Source: Lama glama
Lineage: Eukaryota
Length of the DNA: 60,000 nucleotides
Reading direction: 5' to 3'
Assembly (NCBI GenBank): GCA_028534125.1
Contig: CM052816.1
Location: 101,496,001 to 101,556,000, forward strand
The position numbers and the translations under genes were made by a program. The notes under the pieces were generated by a model. It had not been told where the DNA came from. It saw only the letters and a list, made by a program, of their open reading frames with translations, and made no database searches. Positions 11,181 through 21,500 of this stretch are shown here, one piece after another. Each line of letters starts with the position of its first letter. Position 1 is the first letter of the stretch.

Positions 11181-13440
11181 ACATTTCGGGTTTTTAATAT
11201 TGTTACAGGCTTGTACGTGTAATAACGAAGTTACTGGTCACCTAACTGTTCTGTTTGAAGGACGAGGAGGCAGGCAGTGTGGACGTCCTGCTCAGCAGCT
11301 GGAAGCCCCGTCGGCCCCAGCGGTTCCACAGAGGTTTCCTCGGGCGGCGGCCTCAGGGGCAGCTGGGATCCCTCAGACCAGAGGCCCCAGCGCACCTGGA
11401 GCTGCAGCCGCCCTGGGTCCCAGGAAGGGGGAGCGGCCCCTGCCCTGGGCGCATGGCAGCCCCCTCTGGTCTATCACACATCCATTCATCCCTTCACTCA
11501 TTCCTCCGTGTGCCCCTCTGGGTGCCCACGCACACAGGGCAGGCCGAGCCCATGTCCCAGTGGGTGGAGTGCACTGCCCCTGCCCTCGTGACCTCTGACA
11601 GCCTCGTCCTGCCCTGAGAACGGAGATGCTGTGTCTCCTCTGGTGTCCCACATGCACTGGGGCGAATTCCATTGGGTGCACAGAGTGAAGCTGGTTCCAG
11701 GACAGACACCTGGGCCCTCGGGGAACACCCCGTCCACCCTGGGTCTCCTAGGGCTGGAACGGCCGATTCTGAGACCGTGGCTCCCTCTCCTCCTTCTTCC
11801 CCGGTGTGTCTGTGGCTTGTCCGACTCTGTCATTTGCAAGTTCCTCACACGTTTCCCTGTGGAACCTTCTGGGATTCAGTCTGCACCTCCGAAGGACCAG
11901 GGCTACGCGTGGTGCTGCCTCGCCCAGTGCCCCCGGGTCTTACTCCCTGGGCGCCCTGGAGGGGTTGCCCGGGGCGAGCGTTTTCCAGAGGCCAGTCCCC
12001 TCGAGTTTGGACAGGGTCCCCCGCCTCTGTCCCTCGGGACTAACCTGCTACTTTTGGGAAGATTGTGTGTGACTATGGTGGCCTCAAGGTCATAAACTGT
12101 AGAGCTGGGAGGGTCTGGGGCTCCCGCGAAGCCGGGGCTTGTCGGAGAGCATTCCAGGTCATGAAATGCAGAGAGCTGGGGACCTCAGGGCCAGGTCCAT
12201 GCTGTCCTGGCTGTGTGACCACAAGCACACTTCCCGCTGGACCTCCCTGTGGGGTGGGAGCGGCCCTTCCCTCGCAGGAGCAGCCCTAGCTGAACAGAGT
12301 AAAACAGACTTGAAGCTCGTCCGTCTGTCTGTCCCGCCTCCCACTGCAATTGACCACGAGCTGCCTGAGTATGGCCGGGTGCATTTCTGGGGTGACCCAC
12401 TGCGGAGGAAGATCCCGTCCAGTACTGGGCATTTGCGGTCGTCGTGGGAGGGCGAGGCTGGGGCACCGCCAGCAGCGCTGCTGGGTGACCTGCTCCCTGC
12501 TTCCTGGTGGGCCGGGTCCACCATGCCTGCATTTGCAGAAAGAAAGCCCTTTCGTCCCCAGGGGCTGGAGCTGGCGCCCATGAGGCCGGGGTCGTGCTGG
12601 GGTTCCTACTGGCCAGGCACCTCCCATCCCGTCCTACCCCAAGGGCCGCGTCCCCCGTCAGCTCCGGCCTCAGCTGTCAGCTGCCCAGGCCCCACTCGAA
12701 TCACCTTGTGGTCTCCAGTCTTTGAGGAGCATCTTGGCCGTGGACTAAGCTGATGACGCCATGACCCACCACCCACATCGCGCTGTGTGTCCAGTTGAGG
12801 TGGGTGGATGCCCTGCTTTGGAGGCAGACAAGGGACTGGACAGGCCCTTTGAGGTCCACACCCTGTGGCCTGGTGGCAGCTGGGGGTCAGAGTCTGTGAA
12901 GCCCTCTCTCTCAGCCTCAGCAGAGCCCCTGCCTTCCCAGCTGGGCCCCCAGGCCTGTGTCCCACATGCCAGCTCAGAGCCTGTGCGTTCCTGAAGCGGT
13001 CTTGGCATGTGACTGTGACTCTGTTTTCACATGGCGAGATTCCTGCTGAACCACAAAAGACCAGAGTTCATGCTCCCAGCCCTGGGAGGGGCTTAGCACA
13101 CGCTCACACAGTCAATGCTTTGTAAAACCTGCAGAAGCAGGGCCTACCTGTGGGCAACGCTGCTGCCTCCTTCCACTCTGAGGGTCCCTGGCCAGGACTC
13201 GGGAAGCCCAAGGAGGGGGAGGGGCCATCGGCTCGGGGTGCCCCTGCCCAGCCTGGCCACCTTCCTAGTGGTACTGGACACGCGTCAGCGGCCCCAGGAT
13301 GACTAGGAGCACGGAAGTGGGTTCCAGCTCTGCCTTTGGCCAGCGTTTACGAAAGGAAAATTCGAAGTCAGGCCAACATGGACAACAATCCTGCTTTAGT
13401 CCCGGCCGGTGCGCTCCGCTCGGTGTCACACGTGCGTGCT

Positions 13441-13556
13441 GGTCCTGGTGCAGCCGCAGAGTGGGACCCCTGCTGCCCTGGGGCAGCCCTGGGACATGAC
13501 CCCCGCTCCCATGGTCCTGGTGCAGTCACGGGACGGGACCCCTGCTGCCCTGGGGC
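13441..13556. repeat. 44-bp imperfect direct repeat, period 72
   Basis: ggtcctggtgcag...gggacccctgctgccctggggc at 13441-13484 and 13513-13556. Confidence 0.8.
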
Positions 13557-15049
13557 GACAGGTCATGGTCACTGCTGGTCCTCGCAGGCTCAGGCCCACC
13601 TGTGGCCACCCCTGGCAGAACTAGACCCGCCCTGTGGCCCAGCTGCCCTCTGACTTCGCCCCAGCTGGGAGGGTCCCACCTGGCGGACTCGATGGCCCCT
13701 GGGGACCTCCCACACCAGAGCCTGAACTCCCCGCGGGGCTCGGGAACCTTCCCTGCAGCACCACCTCTGGGAGACAGCCTCTGCCCCTGAGCTCAGTGGT
13801 GCAGCGTGTGGGGCTTAGGGTCTCAAGGGCTGGGCTGTAGAAATGCTCCTGCCTGCCCAAGGGACAGGTGCACAGGGCCACAGGCCCCAGCAACCCCGAT
13901 CGCCTTCTGTTCTCCCCTCGAGGTGATGGAAAGGTTGAGAAGCTCCTGAGAGCCCAGATACTGGCCTCTCTGGGAAGCCGATCACCGAATGGTTTTCTGG
14001 GAACTGTTCCCACCGGGGCCCTCCCAGCCCCACCTCCCCTGGTGGCACCTTCCCGTCACAAAACCCAAGGCAGAGAAGGACTTCGTCCTTCCCTACAGGC
14101 AGCTTGCAGGGAGGCCTGGGCCCCACCCCAGAGCTCCGGGGCAGGGCCGCGGGGGAGCCACCCGCGCGGGCGCTCCACCTGCTCCTCCCTGTGTGGAAGT
14201 TCTCCTTTGCTTCACCCTCAGGCTGGGCTTCCAGGTGAGGCTTCTTCTGAAAAGAAGTTCCATGGGTTTTGAAGTCTGTAACCCCTGGATCAGATGAAGT
14301 GCTCCACCCGGAGAAATCCAGGTCCCGACTCCAGACCTCTCACCGGAGACGGGGCCACGCGGAGCGGCCGTCTGAGGAGGGGAGGCGCCCTCGGGGCTGC
14401 TGGGCGCTCACGCGGGGTGACGGCTGCCGGCCGGTGAGTCGGCCCTGTCCCGAGGGTGGCCATGTCCGGGAGCTGGACAGAAGGGGGAGCTGTCCCCGGG
14501 TGCACGTCCAACCCCAGGAGCTCAGACTCCCAGGGTCAAATCACAGAAAGGAGGAGAAGAGCTTCTCTTTCAGGGAGGAGCGTGGAGGGCCCGAGGGGCC
14601 CCGACGGAGCGCAGTCTGCTCGCCGCGGGGCGCCTCCCCCGGCAGGGATCCAGGCCTGGCGGCCCCACATGGGCAATTCCACCTCAGAAGCCACACGTTC
14701 CTCCGCTGTCGTGTGTCGAGTATGTCACCCAGGCTTCTGCCCACAGCTTCAGTCACCTACGTTTCCTCTGCGACCAGAACCTTCTCTCCTGTCGCCCGGG
14801 CCGTCCTCCATGACTGTCTCCCCCACGTGAGCAGCCGTCTGTCTCCACGACCCGCTTCCTTGCGGCTGAGCACGGCTCCCTGTCTCGCGCCCGCGCTCTG
14901 ACTCGCACCAGGAGGCCTTCCTCTCCCGCCTCCTGACCGCCCAGATTCCCCGGGAGGAGCCGCAGGCTGGACAGGGGAAGGTGGCCACAGAGACCGCCGG
15001 CCCGGGCTCTGGGCAGGTCCCAGCTTAGGACGTTTTCTGGATGTAAGTG

Positions 15050-15900
15050 ATACTTCAGTGAGAGAGAAGGAAGGTTTCCATGAATCAACAAGCAGATGCT
15101 GGAGAATAAGGGTTTCCTGTCACAAATGGCAAGTCAGGAGGCAGAGAAGGAGGCTTTGTCCTACAAGCGGCAAGTGAAGAGACAGGAGGAAAAATTCCAG
15201 CCGCGAGTGATGACACACTCGGGAGAGGATGGGGATTTCAGGCACGAGCGACAACAGGTGGCACAGAGAAGGCGCCCAGTCATAAAGGAGCGGTCGGACG
15301 AGAGCAAAGAACGGATTCCAGCCACAGACGCAGCTCAGGTGAGAGGGAAGACGTCGCTGTCATAAATGGTAGTTCAGGCGGCAGGAAGATCTCTCGTCAC
15401 ACGTAACCAGCGTGACGCAGGAGAGCGCTTTCCATTTACAGCTGACTATTCAGGCGAAGGAGAATGCCCCGCGCGCGAAGGGAGACCGGGTGCCGGCGGG
15501 CGCTTCCAGTTACAACCAGTGACGCAGGATAAACGGGGTTCCCATCGTAAGTCATAACTCAGATGGGAGGAAGTGCAAGGTTTTCGGTCAAAAATTATAA
15601 CTCAGGTGATAAGAAAAGAACATTCCACCTATACAGACGAACTCATAGGACAAAGAAGGTTTCCAGTTATAAATGGTAAGTGAAGTCACAGAGACGCAGC
15701 TTCCAGTCACAGTCACTCACATGACAGAGAAAGAAAGGTTTCAAGTCACAAACAACAACTCAGGTGACGTGGAAAGAAGGCTCTTGTCGTAGCGCAGCAG
15801 CTCAGGTGACAGCGAGAGACGGTTCCAGTCACCAGTGTCGGCTTGGGTCACAGGGAGCGAAGGTCTCAGGCATAAATGACACAGCGACCCGGAGAGAAGG
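15050..15900. repeat. Degenerate ~42-bp tandem array (approximate consensus gacagagaaagaaggtttccagtcataaatgacaactcaggt)
   Basis: Recurring aggtttcc/ttccag..tcataaat/tcacaaa..ctcaggtga motifs at roughly 41-43-nt spacing, clearest at 15723-15850. Confidence 0.6.
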
Positions 15901-17719
15901 TAGCCGGCCTCACGCCCCGCGGCCCCGCCTGCGCTCCTGGCTGTGCCGCCCTCTCCTGCAGTCGGAGACTGCGGCTCCCTGGGGCCGGGGCCGCGCTCAC
16001 CGTGGACCCAGCCACACGTCTCCATCCAACCTCCGCCGGGCTCTTTGCTGCCGCCGATGCAGATGTGCCACTAGCCGTGTCCTCCTGTCCTCCGGCGGAA
16101 GTTTCCCAACCATCTTCAGTGCCCCTCCCTGCCCTTCCCACTCCCCAGACCCGACGCGCACTGCAGGGGTCCTACCACACGTCTCCACCTGCTCTAACGC
16201 CACCTTGTCCCCCAGGGTGCTGCGTGTCCCACCAGGGCCCTCCAGGAGTTAGTGCCAACCTCCCCCTGACAGCCGGCCTCTCTGGGCTCACGCCTCCTGG
16301 TCGAACCTGGGGCAGGCTTTCTGTGCTCACCAGACCCCGCCAGACTGCCAGGGCCGTGGTCACCTCCCACCGTTAGCCCCTCAGGTCCGCCCCCGGCCCA
16401 CAGAGGCACCTTCCTCCCAGTGGCCCCAGGCAGGACCACACTCCTCTGTGCATCGACTGTCCGGTCAGGGACGTCCACGGTCCTCCCATGGAGCAGAGGG
16501 TAGGTTTGCCTCCCACTGGCAGGAGACTAGGTCTCCCCAGCCCAGAGTCTGCAGCCCTGACGGCCACCAGCATCCACCTGAACCCTGCCCGTGGCCCCAT
16601 GGGATGTGGGGACACAAGGAACAAAGGCCGTGCTGTGCACGACGAAGACCTTCGTCTTTGACCCGGGAGCCCCGTGTTCCCTGCAGTGTCCACGACGTAT
16701 GTGCTCATGACAGTGCCGAGTGCTTCCAGGGCCTCCCTCCCGCAGCACGGGCTCCGTTAACACGCCATCCTCGGGCGGACAGTCCAACCCGCGGGGTCCA
16801 CGCGGTGGTCTGACGGCTCCTGCTGCCCAGGCCCGCTTCCCCTGCTTGGAGCACTCTCTGCACGGTGGGGGGCGGACACCGTCCCTGGCGGGGGGAGGGG
16901 CAGGCAGCGCGGCCAGGAGGAGGCCGGCCCGTGCAGTGGGGGTGTGCCAGCCAGAGGTGGGGGAAGGGCTCGGGAAAGTCAACGGAGAGGCAATGGGACG
17001 TGGAGCGGAGGCTGATCCTAAGTCACCCGGATGCCCTGCACGCAGAGGAGGACAAGCTGCGAGCGGTTAACAACTGACCTCCAAGGAGCGTGAGGGCCAG
17101 AGAGCCTCTGGACACTCAGAGGAGTGCCTCTTGGGTGGCAGAGAGAAGACACACAGAGAATTCCTGGGTGGAGCAGCTCAGCTCGAGACAGCACAGTGTC
17201 AGCTAAGAGGCAGGTCAGGGCCCTGGGGCACCCTGGACCGTGACCCAGGAACAGGATGTCTGAGCAGGGCCCCGACATAACCCCCCTGACCTGTCTGAAC
17301 CTCTGAGCCTGCAGAGGTACCCCCACTCCCCCTAACAGGGATTAAGCAGCACAGCCCATCTGGGGACCTGCCGGCCCCCCCAGAGGAGGGAAGAGGCCAC
17401 ACCCCAGCTGAACTGCAGGAGGGAACAGCCCCGGCCAGACTCTGGGGCGTCACCAAGGGGCTGTGAGCATTCAGAAACTTCGGGCACGTTCTCGGGACAC
17501 AGGACCCCATCCCCACAAAGACCCAGGGGTGAAGAGGCCCAGAGACCCCAGCACGGCTGCATGGAGCCGGTGAGCAATTTTTAAATAAAGCTCAAAGCAC
17601 TTGGGAGAGATAAGAGAATCAAACTGAAAATTCTGGGGAAAAAATTTTAATACTTAAAAAGTTCTATAACAAACAGTAACACGTTCTTTTAAAAATGTGT
17701 ACACAACACTAATCTGGAA

Positions 17720-17725
17720 TTTATT
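17720..17725 (-). terminator. Probable TRIP13 polyadenylation signal AATAAA (a second AATAAA lies at 17782-17787)
   Basis: tttatt on plus = AATAAA on minus, about 740 nt past the stop codon, followed on minus by GU/U-rich sequence (tagtgttgtgt...gtgttactgtttgtt). Confidence 0.65.
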
Positions 17726-18464
17726 TTGCCATGAGATAAAAGCAAAACAACATTCTGCAGAGCACACCAGTTATTGACCAGTTTATTCTACACCCGCTGA
17801 GGTGCGTCTTCATTTGCGCCGAGACCGCTGTCACTGAACAAGCAAGTCGGGGCGTCCCCGTGATGCTCCCGCGCTGACCGCCAGGGAGGCCGCCCCAGGC
17901 CAGCCGCAGCTCTCCCACAAACAGCACCGCGTCTGCTTCCTGCGGAGAACACTTGACCTAGAATTTGTTCCTCGATTTCTGTAACACAGGAACGGGCTTT
18001 TCTTATTCATCAGACAGCCCCCATAACGCCTGCGCTGAACACACACGCTCACGGGAGGAAGGGCCGCCGCCCTGTCTGGCGGGACGTGCACGGGTTCAAC
18101 GCCGTGATCACGCTCTTATCTGGGACGACACAGTCTCCCCTCTGCTCACGTAAACCTGACATCACATCTTTTCTAAGCAAAACCTGTCAGCACTCTGGGT
18201 CCAATCACGGAGGCAGGATCCAGGACAGCCCTCCACAGAGCTCTGTGGTCCTCTCTCAGAACAGCAGAACGACAGGCTGCTCGTCTGCTAACGCGCACTT
18301 AGAGCTACGAGGACACAACGCGCTCCGTGAGCACCCCGGCCTGTGGGTGTCCAGCCTGCAGGTCCCAGCCGTGGGCTCGGAGTCTCCCAGGGCGGCTGGG
18401 CCACGAGGGAAGCGATGCTGCTTCCTAGCTGTGAGCTCACCGAGAACGTGGTGGGGAACTCCGG

Positions 18465-18560
18465 TCACATGCAAGAGGAGAGCTTCTTTCTCTCCTCAAA
18501 CTGCTTGTCCACTGCCAGAGACAGGGCCTGGAGGAAGCCCTCGATGGTGACGGTGGGGGC
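18465..18560 (-). CDS. TRIP13: TRIP13 last coding exon 13 (96 nt including TGA)
   Basis: tttccag|; [31 protein letters not shown]. Confidence 0.96.
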   Translation of the reverse strand, partial: APTVTIEGFLQALSLAVDKQFEERKKLSSCM

Positions 18561-21500
18561 CTGGAAAGACAGATGGCATCGTGGAGGTCCTGGCGCTCGG
18601 CAGGGCCGCCCGGCAGCACCCACCCACCCAGCGCGAGCACCTGAGGAGGCAGGGAGGCCTGGACGTGAGCCCTCGATGTGCCAAAGGACGTGGGCAGGCA
18701 CCCGGCCCTGCCTCCCGCTGCCTGAGGAGCCCGTCACATTAGAAACAATGAAATGAGGCAGAAGCCCCAACGGTGGCAAGTGGGGCTCAGTGAGGCCACA
18801 TCCTGCCGGACAGAACAGGCGGTGGTGAAGCAGGGCCCAGAGCAGAGGGCGGCTGGGGGCTCACCTGAATGTACAGCGCGTGAGCCAGGAAAGGGAGTTT
18901 TCTCAGGACCCGACCACTGAGGCCTTCGCTCTTCCTGTGAAGGTAACCAGCTTGGGGACGTCAACACCACACGGACAGCCACACGTGTCATGACTAGTCC
19001 CTGATGTCCCTCCCTGACAGCCCCTCACGGGGGGCTGGTCTCCCGCAGGCCGCAGCCACTGCTCCCGGAGGGACGGGGTCCTCGCTGCCCTGACACCGTG
19101 CACGGCACAGGATGAGGGGGGTACCCAGCTGGCACTTGGGTTCCCCAAGAAACCAGGCTGGTTCAACGTCTTGAAGAATTTTTGCACAAGTCTCTGAACC
19201 GTTGTCCTCTGTCCCACCACAACAACTTTAAATCTCTTCAACAGACAGTACCTGTGAGCCCACCCCCCCACCCAGCATCACCACCTGAGGTCACCCGCAC
19301 ACACAACGCCCGCGGCCTTCCTGAATTCTCCCCAGTTTATCCAAATTCTAACTGTCTTTCAAGGCTCTGCTCCATTTCGGGCCTTCCCTTCCCCACCTGT
19401 GGATCACAAGGACACCTGAGAGCCTGAAAGTGCCACCAGCCTGGGCCTCGAGCTCGTGCACCTGGGACTCCTGGTGCTCACATGTCTCTCTGTGTCCAGG
19501 CAGCAGGACCAAACGCTTTCCTCTTTCCCAAAGCACCAAGCTCCTGCCCTAACTGTTTAACTGTTTACTCTGCTTGGCAAAGCAAAAGCGTCCGTTTCTA
19601 ATGAACTTTTTTTAGCTTGGTTTTTTTCCTTACACTTTTTTGGGGCAGGGGTAATTATTCTTATTTACTTTGCTCTTATTTGTTTGTTGTTTGCTTGCTC
19701 ATTTATTTGCTTAATGGAGGTACTGGAGATGGAAGCCAGGACCTCGTGTGTGCTGAGCGTGCACCTCTACCACTGAGCTACACCCGCCCCTACAAGATTC
19801 CATTTTCTTTTCTTGCCAACAAACACTGCCTAAGGCAGCACGAGGGCCTTACTCTGAACGCCTGGCACGTCTTCATTGTCCACCAGGACCTCCGGGAGGG
19901 TGCTGACCTCTGCCCTCCGGTCCAGGAGTGCAGGGTTGGAGGTGAGGCGCTTTCGATGCGTGTGTGACGCCCTGGGAGCCAAGCCCTGTCATGTGACCCC
20001 TAACCACCCCCGCTGCCATGCGCAGTCACAGCTCCCCGACGCCAAGGCAAACGGCTCCTCCCGGTGACAGGGCGCCCCGCACACACCTCGAGATCTCGCT
20101 CAGGAGGAGGCTCAGCTTGGACACGTTGTTCTCGATGAACCCGATCATCTCCAGCTCACGGAGGGTCAGCAGCTGCTGGCGGGGGTATATGATCTGACAC
20201 TGTGGGGACAGGGGCGTGTCGGCCACAGGGACAGCACTCAGCAGGCAAGTACACGTCTTGCCATGCCTCAGAAAGGCAAACAGGGCTGCCGGACCTGCGG
20301 GTTCTCACCTCCACCCCAGCGGCTGCTTCTGACAGAGATAAGAATGCGGAGAGCAAAACGCGTCTCAGAAACACAGCGTCTCAGCCTCCTCCACGCGGCC
20401 CGAACCACAAGCCAGGCAAGCTCAGCAGCTGAGCGCGGGCTGGTAACCAGCTCCAGTGACGTGTCACAACCCAGGACGGGCAGAGGGCCCTGGAGCCGGG
20501 ACCTGGCCAGCCTCTCAAGGAGGGTCTCTTTTCACTGCTGTCCAGTTCAGATTCTTACTTGGGGGACCGAAAGCCTCCAGCTGACACGAACCCGGGTCTT
20601 CGCGTTCACCTCACAGACCACGTGTCTGCACGCTGGACGCCCTCCCGGGTGCCCATGCTGCCCACTACTGATGCATCCAGCACAGCCGTGGGCTCAGGAG
20701 CCAGGAGAGGAGGAGGAAGGAGCAGCCTTCTCTGCACCTGTTTAGCTTTGGTGACGATTGCAAGGAGAACTAAGCAACAGGGTTTGTGCCAGGGGACTTC
20801 TGACCTCCCATCTGACTCAGTGACACTCCTCAGGCCTCTGCAGCCTCCCCGGACAGCCCTCACGGCCCCTCTCGTGACACAAGCCATCCGCAGGCCCTGG
20901 CAGAACATGGGCCACAGTCAAAGGCCAACAGTCTTCAGGACCGGCCAGCCTCCACCGCGACATCCTGCCGTCTAATTCCCTATAACCCGTCAGACTGAGA
21001 AACGACCCCACCCACGCACTCAGCTGCCAGGTGAAGCCTGCATGCGCGGCTCCCGCTCAGCACACCCTCTAGGCACAGCATAGTGTGCGGCGCGGAGGGG
21101 AAGCCTGGCGCCCCCAGCGGGCGCGACGCTGCAACATCTCCGCCGATCACGTCAGAGGTCCACCAGCCCCACCCTTCTCTCCATGGCACAGGAAAGCAGG
21201 ACGCGGCGTGCACGCCAGGGCAGTGCACTCTGGGCTGAGACTAGCTCCTTCCCCCATCAGAGGCTGTCATCCTTGCAAGGATGTGGGGGCCCAGACTGTG
21301 AAGTGACTGAGTCACTGCCACTGTGCCCTTGACGCTGCCAGAACATGGGGCCACAGAGACACCAACGCTGAAGCCGACAACTGCCCTGTGAGCTGTGACC
21401 CCCAGTCCAGTGACTGTCCTGTGAGCTGTGACCTCCCAGTCCCGTGACCTCCCTGTGAGCTGTGACCCCCCAGTCCCGTGACCTCCCTGTGAGCTGTGAC

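Noticed and set aside
11700..14340. Further minus-strand stretches with vaguely protein-like translation (about 11710-11900, 12290-12450, 14165-14330)
   Set aside because: I could not establish convincing paired splice sites or a consistent frame by eye, so they were left out of the fossil-gene model.
18465..18482. TRIP13 C-terminus SSCM as a prenylation (CaaX) motif
   Set aside because: The Cys is second from the end, not fourth.
19715..19790. tRNA gene
   Set aside because: The B box is degenerate and a SINE-type tail follows, so this is a SINE head rather than a tRNA.
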